64,000 nt of DNA from Alphaproteobacteria bacterium (GCA_963665325.3 CAXXWS020000002.1:128001-192000), one strand, 5' to 3'; numbered from the stretch's first letter, positions 1-9,823 are shown. Made by a program: numbers and translations. Notes: generated by a model from the sequence alone, not told the origin.

Positions 1-697
1 GTGTCCGGAAGAACGCGGTGGCCGAAACGATGAGGTAGCCGAGCCCCTGGTCGGCGTTGACGAACTCGCCCACCACGGCGCCTACAACCGAGAGCGCGAT
101 TGCGACCTTGAGCCCGCTGAAGACGAACGGGACTGCATAGGGAAGGCGGATCCGCATCAACTCCTGCATCTTGGACGCCTTGAAGGATCGTCCGAGCTCG
201 ACAAGGTCGGCCGGCACGGAAAGAAGCCCGACCGCGACCGCAATGACGAGCGGGAAGAAGGCCACCAGGAACGTCACGATGACCCGGGGCAGCTCCGTCG
301 CGCCGAGCATCACCACCAGGATAGGGGCGAGCGCCACCTTCGGGATCGACTGGGTGAAGACGAGAAGCGGGTAGATCGTGGCAGAGGCGTAGCGCGAGGA
401 GGTCAGCAGGACCGCCAGCGGCAGGCTGACGACGATGGACGCGATGAACCCGTACATCACGGTGCGCAGCGTGGCGAGCGTGTGGCCGCCAAGCGTGTCC
501 GCGACCGCAAGGCTCTCGGTCCAGATGAGGCTCGGGGCCGGCAGCAGGTAAACGGGAAGCGAGAATGCATGCACCGACGCTTCCCAGACCGCAACGAGGA
601 CGATGAGCACCGCCGCCGGGAGGACGATCTCGCTGCTCGTATTCCAGATGCGCCTAAGCCGCCGCCGGGCCGGAGAGGTCGGTTTCGTCAGCCCCAA
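1..697 (-). CDS. ABC transporter permease, NitT/TauT family (runs off the window edge; start approximate)
   Basis: Manual translation gives ...VLVAVWEASVHAFSLPVYLLPAPS...QSIPKVALAPILV; lies directly downstream of the ABC ATPase. Confidence 0.85.
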   Translation of the reverse strand, partial: MGLTKPTSPARRRLRRIWNTSSEIVLPAAVLIVLVAVWEASVHAFSLPVYLLPAPSLIWTESLAVADTLGGHTLATLRTVMYGFIASIVVSLPLAVLLTSSRYASATIYPLLVFTQSIPKVALAPILVVMLGATELPRVIVTFLVAFFPLVIAVAVGLLSVPADLVELGRSFKASKMQELMRIRLPYAVPFVFSGLKVAIALSVVGAVVGEFVNADQGLGYLIVSATAFFRT

Positions 698-1439
698 AGA
701 TACGGCGTCGAATTCGTCTGGTGCATTCCTGGAATTCACGGCTTCCCTCCATATCAAGCGTGCGGGGCCGTTCGATCGGCACATCGACAACCTCCGCGAT
801 ACGCCCCGGCCGCGGCGACATCACGATGACCCGGTCGGAGAGCAGGACCGCCTCCGTGATCGAGTGCGTCACGAACACGATGGTCTTCGGGTTCTCGGTC
901 CAGATCCGGAGCAGCTCCATGCTCATCACCTCGCGGGTGAGCGCGTCCAGCGCCCCGAACGGCTCGTCCATGAGCAGGATGCCGGGATCGTGAATCAGCG
1001 CCCGGCAGATGGCGGCGCGCTGCTGCATGCCGCCGGAGAGCTCGCGGGGATAGCGGCTCTCGAACCCCTTGAGGCCCACCAGTTCGAGGAGCGCATGCGC
1101 CCGCGCCCGCGCATCGGTCGCCCTCTCACGCATCAGCCGGAGCGGAAAGAGGACATTGTCGGTGATGTCGGCCCAGGGCAGCAGGGTGGGGCTCTGGAAG
1201 ACGATGCCGATATCCCGGCGCGGCTCGGTGACCGCCGTGCCGTCGATTTCGAGCACCCCCCTTGTGGCGCCGACGAGCCCCGCCAGTAGGCGCAGCATCG
1301 TGGACTTGCCACAGCCGGACGGCCCGACGAGCGACACGAATTCGTTGCGCCCCACCTCCAGCGACACGTCGTGAAGCGCGACAACGCTCCCGCCGTCCCG
1401 GGAGTGAAAGACTTTCGAAAGCCCCTCAACCCGGATCAC
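654..1439 (-). CDS. ABC transporter ATP-binding protein, NitT/TauT family
   Basis: Walker A GPSGCGKST, signature LSGGMQQR, Walker B LLMDEPF, H-loop VTH. Confidence 0.95.
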   Translation of the reverse strand: MIRVEGLSKVFHSRDGGSVVALHDVSLEVGRNEFVSLVGPSGCGKSTMLRLLAGLVGATRGVLEIDGTAVTEPRRDIGIVFQSPTLLPWADITDNVLFPLRLMRERATDARARAHALLELVGLKGFESRYPRELSGGMQQRAAICRALIHDPGILLMDEPFGALDALTREVMSMELLRIWTENPKTIVFVTHSITEAVLLSDRVIVMSPRPGRIAEVVDVPIERPRTLDMEGSREFQECTRRIRRRIFGADETDLSGPAAA

Positions 1440-1477
1440 GGCGGGGCGCCTCTGGTGGCATCGGGCGGCAAGCCGCG

Positions 1478-2485
1478 CTACGGCACGTAGCGATGGTCCA
1501 CGGCCTGGCTGTAATCCCAGCCGGCGTCGAGGTCCTGGGCGTCTGCCACCACCTCATAGGTGAACGCCATGCGCTCCGAATCGTGCCGTCCGAGCCCCGT
1601 GGCTGCGGAATGGTCGTTGAAGACGAAGGTGAGCGTGGCGTTGAGGCTGCCCATGCAATCGTCCATCGCCACCTCCGGCACGCGCTCGACATGCAGCTGG
1701 CACGCTTCCTCCCGGTTGTCGCGGGCCCACTCCATCGCGTTCTTGTTGGCGGTGAGGAACCGGCCCACAAGGTCGGGGTTTTCCTCGATCAGGTCCTCTC
1801 GGGCGATGAGCCCGGTGGCGTAGATCGCGAACCCCGCCTTGACGAAGGGCAGCACCACGATCTCCTCGCCGGCCTGCTTTGCCGCCTTGTTCTGGTAGTA
1901 GTGGTGCATTGCGAAGAACGGGGCCGCGTCGATCTTCTTCGAGATCAGCAGCGCGGCCATCGCCGACGCATCGGAGTTGGACCAGACGATCTTCGAGGGA
2001 TCGGTCCCGGCCCGCTCCGCCACCTTGGGGAAATAGACGCGGTGGCTGTTGCCGGGGGTAATGCCGATCTTCTTGCCCTCGAGCCCCTGGAAGGTCTTGA
2101 TCCCCGAACTCTTCAGCACGAAGAGCGAGTGGGGGGAGTGGGTATAGGTCTGCATGATCTGCTTGACCGGCACCCCGACCCGCACGCGGGCCGTGATGAG
2201 CGCCCCCAGGTCGGCGATGCCGAAGTCGGCGGCGCCGCCTGCGATCTTGGTGACGGTGTCGCCCGACCCGTATCCGCGCGTGATGGTGATGTCGATGCCC
2301 TGGTCTTTCCAGAAGCCCTTGGTCCAGCCGCCGAAATACATGGCGTGCTCGCCGGAAGGGATCCAGTCGGTCTGGAGATGGACCTCATCGGCCGCGCCCG
2401 CCGGTCCGGCGGCAAGCAGCATCCCGGCTCCCACGACGGCGCCCGTGAGCGCGTGGCGACGATGCGGTGAACGAAGAGATTTCAT
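1478..2485 (-). CDS. ABC transporter substrate-binding protein, NMT1/THI5-like
   Basis: Signal-like N-terminus (RRHALTGAVVGAGMLLAAGPAGA) then LQTDWIPSGEH...GYGSGDTV; ATG at 2485 preferred over the track start. Confidence 0.85.
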   Translation of the reverse strand: MKSLRSPHRRHALTGAVVGAGMLLAAGPAGAADEVHLQTDWIPSGEHAMYFGGWTKGFWKDQGIDITITRGYGSGDTVTKIAGGAADFGIADLGALITARVRVGVPVKQIMQTYTHSPHSLFVLKSSGIKTFQGLEGKKIGITPGNSHRVYFPKVAERAGTDPSKIVWSNSDASAMAALLISKKIDAAPFFAMHHYYQNKAAKQAGEEIVVLPFVKAGFAIYATGLIAREDLIEENPDLVGRFLTANKNAMEWARDNREEACQLHVERVPEVAMDDCMGSLNATLTFVFNDHSAATGLGRHDSERMAFTYEVVADAQDLDAGWDYSQAVDHRYVP

Positions 2486-2813
2486 CCGATTCCTCCCGAT
2501 GCTGCTGGATGACGGTCTTCCGGCCGGCAGGGTGTTCCGTGGCGACGGCAGGATCGTTTGTCCTGCTCCCATAAACCGGTCATCGGCCTTATCCGGTCGA
2601 TTCCGGCGTCCAAATCAAGGTGGCAGCGGATGCTGCCTCCCTCGATGCGTGTCGTCACGCTCCCTTCCTCCCGGGCAAGCCCCATTGGGGCAATGCGAAA
2701 GCCTATCCCGTTAATTTCGTTTCGGCCAACGGGAATCTTCCGCCAACCGGCGAAGCACGAAATCGAGATATGATCCGGCCGTCCTCGAGACTTGTGCGGA
2801 CTGGAGCCAGGCG

Positions 2814-4988
2814 ATGATCCCCAACACGATCCCCCTGATCGGATACGCCGACCGGTGGTCGGTCCGCCCCGGCGAAACGATAGAGTTCAAGGTGAGCAGC
2901 CGTTCCGCGGAGCCCTACCGGGCGCGGCTGGTCCGGGTGATATCGGCCGACCCGAACCCCGCGGGTCCCGGTATCAAGGAAGAGGCGGTCGCCTCCGACA
3001 TCGAGGGAAGCTGGCCGTCGCGGGCGCAGGACGCCGCACTCGGCTCCTATGTCCGCGTGGAGGGCGCGCGGCTGGCGGCGGAGGCGCTGACGGTGTCCGC
3101 AACGATCTGGCCGACGCTGCCCGGCGGAGAGGGGCAGGGCATTGTGTCATGGCTCGGCGAGGCGGGCGGACTGGCGCTTCTGCTGGACGGCGAGCGCGGC
3201 GCCTGCGTCAGGGTTGCGACAGCGAATGGCGTCGAGACTGTGGCGGTGGGCAAGCCGCTGCTTGCGCGCGCCTGGTACCGGGTCTGGGCGAGCGTCGATC
3301 CCGCGACCGGCGCGGTCTCGGTCGGCCAGCAGGCGCTTCGTCCCTTCGCCAGGGTGGACGATACGGGCACGGCGAGCGCGCATGTGGACGCGCCGGCGAC
3401 GGGGATCGACGGCGACATCCTTATCGGCGCGGCGGGTGGAAATCCGGTCGAAGGCCATTTCAACGGCAAGATCGAGCGGCCGCGGATTGCGCGCGGTGCG
3501 GCGCCGGACGGCGACATCGTCTCGGACTGGGACTTCTCCCCCGAAATCTCTTCCCTCCGGGTCGTCGATGCGGGACCGAACGGGTGGCATGGCGAGCTGG
3601 TGAACCTGCCGACGCGGGGGATGAAGGGCTCCAACTGGAGCGGGCGAGAGCAGTGCTGGCGCCACGCGCCGGAGGAGTACGGCGCCATCCACTTCCACGA
3701 GGACGACCTCTACGACTGCGGCTGGGAGACCGACTTCTCTTACACGGTGCCGGCCGGCCTCCACAGCGGCTCCTACGCGGTCCGGCTCTCCTGCGGCGGG
3801 CATGAGGACATGATTCCCTTCTTCGTGCTGCCTCCGAGCGGGTCCCGGCGGACGCCGATCTGCGTGCTGATCCCGACCTTCACCTACACGGTGTACGGCA
3901 ACTATGCGCGGGGCGTGACGACCGAAGCCTATCTGGCTCGCGCGCAGGACTGGGGGGCACGCGATCTCACGGCCGACCGCCACAAGGAATACGGCCTTTC
4001 CACCTATGACCGCCATACCGACGGCAGCGGCATCTGCTTCGCCTCGCAGCGCCGTCCGGTGCTGACCCAGCGCTCCGGCTATATGAGCTATCTGGACGAG
4101 GCGGGCTCCGGGCTGCGCCACTATCCCGGCGACACCCATCTCATCGACTGGCTGGAGGAGAAGGGCTACGAGTTCGACCTCGTCACCGACCACGACCTGG
4201 ACCGCGAGGGCTACGACCTCATTTCGTCCTACCGCGTCGTGCTCACCGGCTCCCACCCCGAATATCACACCGCGAACACGCTCGACGCGCTCCAGCGCCA
4301 CTTGGATGAGGGCGGGCGGCTCATGTATCTCGGCGGCAACGGCTTCTACTGGCGGGTGGCGGTCAACGAGTCCGTGCCGGATGCCGTCGAGATCCGGCGG
4401 GGCGAGGGCGGCATCCGGGCCTGGGCGGCGGAGCCGGGCGAGTATTACAACGCGCTCGACGGGGAATATGGCGGCCTCTGGCGGCGCAACGACCGCCCGC
4501 CCCAGAAGCTCGCCGGGGTCGGCTTTTCCGCGCAGGGGCAGTTCGTCGGCTCATACTATGTGCGCGGCCCCGAAGCGGACGACCCGCGCGCCGCCTGGAT
4601 CTTCGAGGGCGTGCCGGACCGCATTCTCGGCAATTTCGGCTTTTCCGGCGGGGGCGCGGCCGGCTTCGAGCTCGACCGGGTGGACATCCGCCTGGGCTCG
4701 CCGCCCAACACGCTCGTGCTGGCGACCTCCGAACGGCACGGCGACACCTTCGTCGTCGTGCCGGAGGAACTGCTGACCCATCTCGTCACCTGGCCGGGCG
4801 AGCCGCCCGAGGCGCTGGTGCGCTCGAACCTGGCCTTCTTCGAGACCGCAGCGGGCGGGGCCGTCTTCTCCGTCGGCTCCATCACCTATTGCGGCAGCCT
4901 TTCCCACAACAATTACGACAACAACATCTCGCGTATCACGAAGAACGTCCTTGATCGCTTCGCCGATCCGGCGCCGTTCGAGGTGTGA
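2814..4988 (+). CDS. N,N-dimethylformamidase beta (large) subunit family protein
   Basis: 724 aa; motifs GYADRWSVRPGE, HFHEDDLYD, TYTVYGN, GLSTYDRH, GSHPEY, LMYLGGNGFYW, GAVFSVGSI. Confidence 0.85.
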   Translation: MIPNTIPLIGYADRWSVRPGETIEFKVSSRSAEPYRARLVRVISADPNPAGPGIKEEAVASDIEGSWPSRAQDAALGSYVRVEGARLAAEALTVSATIWPTLPGGEGQGIVSWLGEAGGLALLLDGERGACVRVATANGVETVAVGKPLLARAWYRVWASVDPATGAVSVGQQALRPFARVDDTGTASAHVDAPATGIDGDILIGAAGGNPVEGHFNGKIERPRIARGAAPDGDIVSDWDFSPEISSLRVVDAGPNGWHGELVNLPTRGMKGSNWSGREQCWRHAPEEYGAIHFHEDDLYDCGWETDFSYTVPAGLHSGSYAVRLSCGGHEDMIPFFVLPPSGSRRTPICVLIPTFTYTVYGNYARGVTTEAYLARAQDWGARDLTADRHKEYGLSTYDRHTDGSGICFASQRRPVLTQRSGYMSYLDEAGSGLRHYPGDTHLIDWLEEKGYEFDLVTDHDLDREGYDLISSYRVVLTGSHPEYHTANTLDALQRHLDEGGRLMYLGGNGFYWRVAVNESVPDAVEIRRGEGGIRAWAAEPGEYYNALDGEYGGLWRRNDRPPQKLAGVGFSAQGQFVGSYYVRGPEADDPRAAWIFEGVPDRILGNFGFSGGGAAGFELDRVDIRLGSPPNTLVLATSERHGDTFVVVPEELLTHLVTWPGEPPEALVRSNLAFFETAAGGAVFSVGSITYCGSLSHNNYDNNISRITKNVLDRFADPAPFEV

Positions 4989-5000
4989 GCCGCTACAGCG

Positions 5001-5188
5001 GCCGCCCTTCGATACGCGCCCGCTTGCGCGGGCGCTACTCAGGGTGAGGGCAAGGGCGTGGGCGGGGTTCCGGGAACTCCCTCACTCCGCGCAGCGCCCC
5101 GCTCCTCCCTTCCCTTATTTCGCGCAGCGCCCCCGGTCCTTCCTTCCCTCATTCCGAGTAGCCGCAAAGCGGCGTATCGAGGGACGGC
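5001..5188. repeat. REP/MITE-like palindromic element
   Basis: Left arm gccgcccttcgatacg...ctactcagggtgaggg (5001-5050) is an imperfect inverted repeat of right arm ccctcattccgagtag...cgtatcgagggacggc (5146-5188); each arm has an inner hairpin; two degenerate part-copies lie between. Confidence 0.7.
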
Positions 5189-5342
5189 GGCCGGGGCGAC
5201 AGTTTCAGTGTCGAGTCTATTTCCGGGGCAAGCAGCACGAAATCCGACTTATCCCGGTCCGCCAGCACCGCTGCGCCGCGCCGGCTTGCTTCCCGGCGAG
5301 TCCGGCGGATATGCTGCACCGGCCTGCGCGAGGGAGGTCGGC

Positions 5343-6251
5343 ATGGCGAGGATCGGGCGGCGCCGGGTTTCATGGCTGACGGGTCTGGGCGTCCTGCTCT
5401 GCCTCGTATCCCTCGGCTCCGTCAGCCTGGCTGAAAACCATGCAAACGAAAGATTTACCTGCGACGATCTTGAAAGGGCGGACAGGCTCTATAGAGACTT
5501 GCCGAACAATGTCAATGCCGAGATTCATTATGCGATCTGTCAGGTCCTGGAAGGGGACCGTGAGGAAGGCTTGCGCCGACTGTATCACGTAACCGACCAA
5601 CAAAATAATGTCTTTGCCGCCTACTTTCTTGCCGAATACATTGAATATGGCGGAGATTTTAAACTGCCCATAGATAGAGAAAAAATCGATGAAGCCATCC
5701 AGGCCTATTTCAGAGTCCTGTTCCTGATCGATTTGACTCCTTACTACCCCAGAGACTATGAGCTTTACGAATATGAGGGGCAAATTGAACTGCAATCCCA
5801 CTACCGTGTCCCTTGGCTCTATTTTGAAAAATTTATTTTAGGTGCTCTAGGCCTTTATCGCGAGCACCTATATAACGCTCCTAGTTATAAAGGTAGCAAA
5901 GACTTTTCAACCTATCCGAGATACAGCCGTCATACTCTGGACAGTCTGGAGAAAACAATTGAGCATGCCAATCGCTGTATTGCCCTTCCTAAAAAGCGTT
6001 ATTTCCGCCAGCCCTATTACGATGATCACCAAAATGCCTGCCGGCTTCTGAAAGAAGCGGCGGAAGCTCTTTTGCCCTTGGAGGAAAAAAGACTGAAGGT
6101 TCTTGCTGTTAAATCTTGCAATAAAGATATACGAAAATGTCAGAAACATAAAGAGATGTTTAACACAATGGAGCCTATTGTTGGGCAAACTAATGACAAG
6201 TTAGAAGCGATCTTTGCCTCCTACTATCAAGAAGTAAGTCAGAAAAATTGA
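5343..6251 (+). CDS. Secreted hypothetical protein with a Sel1/TPR-like segment, AT-rich
   Basis: GGGAGG RBS before ATG 5343; signal peptide MARIGRRR...SVSLA; AAYFLAEYIEYGGDFKLPIDREKIDEAIQAY resembles a Sel1 repeat. Confidence 0.7.
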   Translation: MARIGRRRVSWLTGLGVLLCLVSLGSVSLAENHANERFTCDDLERADRLYRDLPNNVNAEIHYAICQVLEGDREEGLRRLYHVTDQQNNVFAAYFLAEYIEYGGDFKLPIDREKIDEAIQAYFRVLFLIDLTPYYPRDYELYEYEGQIELQSHYRVPWLYFEKFILGALGLYREHLYNAPSYKGSKDFSTYPRYSRHTLDSLEKTIEHANRCIALPKKRYFRQPYYDDHQNACRLLKEAAEALLPLEEKRLKVLAVKSCNKDIRKCQKHKEMFNTMEPIVGQTNDKLEAIFASYYQEVSQKN

Positions 6252-6322
6252 CGCGCGCTCCGTTCCGGTTGACACGGACTCGCCGGCAGCGCACCGGTCA
6301 TCGACTCGGACCGAATTGCGCG

Positions 6323-7885
6323 TTAGCCCCAATCCGTCAGCGCCGCCGCTCCCGCGCCGGCGATGCGGCCGGAGACGAAGCATTCGGCGATGTTGCCGCC
6401 GGAGAGGTAGAGGTGGCCGAAGGCGCTGCCGAGCTCGCCCGCCGCATAGAGCCTCGGGATCGGCGTTCCGAAGACATTGACGATGCGCTGGCGGGTGTCG
6501 TGCACCGGCCCGCCCTGGGTGTTCGACACGACCGGCCATATCGGCGCGCCGTAATAGGGCGGCGTATCGACCGGGACCATGGTTCCCGGCGGGCGGCCGA
6601 AATCCTCGTCGCGCCCAGCCGCGCAGGCCTCGTTCCAGCGCGCGACGCTCGCCTCCACGGCGGCGGTGTCAAGGCCGAGCCCGGCGGCGAGTTCGGCCAG
6701 TGTGTCCGCCCGTGTGAGAACGCCCGATTCGACCTCCGCCAGATTGTCCTCGCTCCAGTCCAGCCTCACACCCTCGTCGTTGGAGGTCGGATGGCCCAGC
6801 GGGTAGAGCCGGCGGCCGTTGTCGTCGCAGATCATGACGCTCGGAATTCGCGGATAGTCCTGCCGGACCGTGTCGTAGAGCTGCATCTGCCGGTGGCCGG
6901 TGTCGTGGGTATAGGGCGGATATTCGTTCATGTAGCGCCGCCCGTCCCGGTCGAGCAGGATCCAGGCCATCTTCACGCCGGGGTCGTCATGTTCGCCACC
7001 TTCGGCGGGCCGCCAGTCGGGAAGCCGCTTGACCCTGATGCCGTAAGGATAGTCCGGATCGGCGCTCCGGAAGCCGTAGGCGCCGTGGAAGTGCCACATA
7101 TGCCAGAGCTGCGCGCCCAGGTCCTGGGCCATGGCGATGCCGTCCCCGGTGTTGTGCCGCGCGGCGGCGGGCAGGACCGGCCGGCCCTCCCAGAACTGGT
7201 CCTGCCGCTCGGCGCTGCCCTCGAACCCGCCGGAGGCGAGAACGACGCCGCGCCGCGCCCTGATCCGGCGGATGCCGTCCTGTCCCGCCACGGTTATGCC
7301 GTGGACTTCGGACCCGTCCTCCGAGGTGAGCATGCGCAGCGCGCGCGTGTTCAGCCGAACCTCGATGTCTTCGTTCCTGAGATTGTCGTCGAGGATCTTG
7401 AACAGCATCGGGCCGCCCGGCGCGCCATTGGCCCAGGGATAGACCGCCCGGGCATCGAAGTTCGGCACCGAGAGAACGGTCGTGTGATAGAATGTATTGA
7501 CCCCCGGCAGGGGGTAGTTGCCCCCGACCTTGCCGGCCACGACCGTGGTGCCGATCTCCGCATCGTTCACCCGGGCGAGGTCGCGCACATAGGGCTCGAG
7601 CAGCGTCATTCCCTCTGCGAGAGTGCGCGTGACGGCGTCCGGCGTCCGCCCGGCATTGGTGGCGGCCAGGTAGCTGTGGGCCTGCTGCGCATCGAGAGCG
7701 CACCGCACCGCGCCGTATGAGCAGATCGAAATGCCGCCCGGCACGCCGGTCTTCTCGATCAGCAGCACCCGCGCGCCGGCGCGCGCGGCTTCCAGCGCCG
7801 AAACGGACCCGGCAAATCCATAGCCGACCACGACGACGTCGAACGCCTCGTCATAGTCGCCCACCGAGCGGGGAATGCCCTCCAT
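6323..7885 (-). CDS. FAD-dependent oxidoreductase (fumarate reductase flavoprotein / 3-ketosteroid dehydrogenase-like, FAD_binding_2)
   Basis: DVVVVGYGFAG dinucleotide motif, VVLASGGF, NTGDGIAMA, TQGG, IPRLYAAGE. Confidence 0.8.
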   Translation of the reverse strand: MEGIPRSVGDYDEAFDVVVVGYGFAGSVSALEAARAGARVLLIEKTGVPGGISICSYGAVRCALDAQQAHSYLAATNAGRTPDAVTRTLAEGMTLLEPYVRDLARVNDAEIGTTVVAGKVGGNYPLPGVNTFYHTTVLSVPNFDARAVYPWANGAPGGPMLFKILDDNLRNEDIEVRLNTRALRMLTSEDGSEVHGITVAGQDGIRRIRARRGVVLASGGFEGSAERQDQFWEGRPVLPAAARHNTGDGIAMAQDLGAQLWHMWHFHGAYGFRSADPDYPYGIRVKRLPDWRPAEGGEHDDPGVKMAWILLDRDGRRYMNEYPPYTHDTGHRQMQLYDTVRQDYPRIPSVMICDDNGRRLYPLGHPTSNDEGVRLDWSEDNLAEVESGVLTRADTLAELAAGLGLDTAAVEASVARWNEACAAGRDEDFGRPPGTMVPVDTPPYYGAPIWPVVSNTQGGPVHDTRQRIVNVFGTPIPRLYAAGELGSAFGHLYLSGGNIAECFVSGRIAGAGAAALTDWG

Positions 7886-7891
7886 GGCCGG

Positions 7892-8788
7892 TCAGTTCGC
7901 CAGGATGTCGGCGGGCCTGACGCCGTGCCAACCGGCCTCGCGCTCGCTCCAGTAGATCGACTGGATGCGGCTCGTGACGATGCCGGCATGGCCGTTGCCG
8001 ATGGGCTTGCCGTTGACCCCGGTAATCGGCATGACCCCGCCCGCCGTGGTGCTGGTGAAGACCTCGCTTGCCTCCTCCAGTTCCTCGGGACGGATCTTGC
8101 GCAGCTCGAAAGGAATGCCCTCGCGCTCGCAGATCTCGCGCACCGACCGCCGCGTAATCCCTTCCAGCACATTGTAGTCGGGGCTCGCCACCCGGCCGTC
8201 CTTCACGACGAATATGTTGAAACCCGGCCCTTCCGAGAGGTAGCCGTCCGGCCCGGCGAGGATGGCGTCGTCGCAGTCATTGTCGTAGGCCTCGAGCCGC
8301 GCCTGCACGAGGTCGGCGCGGTTGTAGTTCTTGAAGCGCTGGTCGATGGCCTTCGACGACACGCGCTCGACACCGCTCACGAAGAGGGTTGCGCCGTTGC
8401 GGCACCTGTCCTCGCCCCATATCCAGACATAGGGGATGGCATAGACCGCGACGCTGGGCTTCAACCCGCGCGGGTCCCGGACGCCCATCGGCGGCACGCC
8501 GCGCGTGATCTGCATCTTCACATAGGTATTCGGAAGCCCGGTCCGCTCCACGCATTCCGCGCAAATCCGGCGCATCTCCTCGAAAGAGTAGGGGTTCTCC
8601 AGCCGGAACCCTTCGCAGGACCGCTGGAACCGCTCGAGATGCTCGTCCAGCATGAAGAACCAGTCGTTCCAGGTGGAGGTCACGTCGTAAACGCAGTCGC
8701 CCCAGACGAATCCGGTGTCGAAGATCGATATCCTGGCCTCTTCCGGGGCCATGTATTCTCCGTCGATGAAAGCGATTCCTTCGGACAT
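7892..8788 (-). CDS. PLP fold-IV aminotransferase, (R)-amine transaminase-like
   Basis: ISIFDTGF..GDCVYDV, HLERF, PLP lysine in RFKNYN, EGPGFNIF, LEGITR, STTAGGVMP. Confidence 0.85.
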   Translation of the reverse strand: MSEGIAFIDGEYMAPEEARISIFDTGFVWGDCVYDVTSTWNDWFFMLDEHLERFQRSCEGFRLENPYSFEEMRRICAECVERTGLPNTYVKMQITRGVPPMGVRDPRGLKPSVAVYAIPYVWIWGEDRCRNGATLFVSGVERVSSKAIDQRFKNYNRADLVQARLEAYDNDCDDAILAGPDGYLSEGPGFNIFVVKDGRVASPDYNVLEGITRRSVREICEREGIPFELRKIRPEELEEASEVFTSTTAGGVMPITGVNGKPIGNGHAGIVTSRIQSIYWSEREAGWHGVRPADILAN

Positions 8789-8970
8789 CGATCCTCCTCC
8801 TGCTGGCGAAGCGGTCGTCGGCCCGGAGCCGGCGGTTCTACAGGGACATTAGGGCATAGGGGGTTTCGCCGCCAAGCCGCCGGGCTGGAAGAGTGTCCTT
8901 CTTCCTGCGATTGTTCGAGGCCTGAACCGTGCTTTCGCACCGCCAGCCGAGGAGGCGCCCCCGACCCGCC

Positions 8971-9717
8971 ATGCCCGATGTCGCCGGTTTCCGCGCCAAG
9001 TTCGCGGCCATCGTGCCGTCCACCAATACGATCGTGGAGGCCGACTTCAACCACCTCTTCCGCGTCCCCGGCGTCACCTTCCACACCGGGCGGATGTACA
9101 TCGAGCGCCCGGCGCTGGACTCGAACGACGCGTTCGCGCGGCTTCTCAGCCAGGTGGACCGCGCCTTCGAAACCGCGGTCCGGGATGTGATGACCTGCGA
9201 GCCCGATTACCTGGTGATGGGAATGTCGGCCCCGACATTCTGGGGCGGCCGGGACGGCAATGCGGCGTTCCTGGAACGCGCGCGCAGCCTTTGCGGGCTC
9301 GGCGTGACGACCGGCGCGGAAGCCTGCAGCACGGCGCTCGACACGCTCGGTGCGCGCCGGATCGCGGTGCTCACGCCCTACCAGCCGATCATGCGCGAGC
9401 AGATCGTGCGCTATTTCGAGGAATCGGGTTTCCCGGTGACGCGCTATGTCGATCTGGAATGCCCGACAGCGACGGCCATTGCGGCGGTGACCCCGGATGA
9501 ATTGCGCAAGGTGCTGCGCGAGATCGACGGCCCGGATGTGGACGCCATCGTGCAGGTGGGCACCAACCTGTCCATGGTGGCACTCGCGACGGAGGCGGAA
9601 GGCTGGCTCGGCAAGCCGGTGATCGCCATCAACACCGCGATTATCTGGCACGCCTACCGGGCGAACGGGTTCGACGACCGCATATACGGCTGCGGCTCGC
9701 TCCTCAGCGACCACTGA
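8971..9717 (+). CDS. Asp/Glu racemase / maleate isomerase / arylmalonate decarboxylase fold protein
   Basis: IVPSTNTIVE, LGARRIAVLTPY, LGKPVIAIN; both catalytic Cys positions are replaced (MGMSA, QVGTNL). Confidence 0.8.
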   Translation: MPDVAGFRAKFAAIVPSTNTIVEADFNHLFRVPGVTFHTGRMYIERPALDSNDAFARLLSQVDRAFETAVRDVMTCEPDYLVMGMSAPTFWGGRDGNAAFLERARSLCGLGVTTGAEACSTALDTLGARRIAVLTPYQPIMREQIVRYFEESGFPVTRYVDLECPTATAIAAVTPDELRKVLREIDGPDVDAIVQVGTNLSMVALATEAEGWLGKPVIAINTAIIWHAYRANGFDDRIYGCGSLLSDH

Positions 9718-9823
9718 GCGCACGCGGTTTGCAACAGGACGGCTTGAGCTATTCTCGGGCTGTCGCGATACGGCCCGGACGGTGCAGTGTCGAACAGGAA
9801 GAATATAAGGAAAGCAGACCTTT

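Noticed and set aside
2620-2817. 65-aa ORF as the dimethylformamidase small subunit
   Set aside because: Too short, not recognisably similar, and overlapping the likely divergent promoter region.
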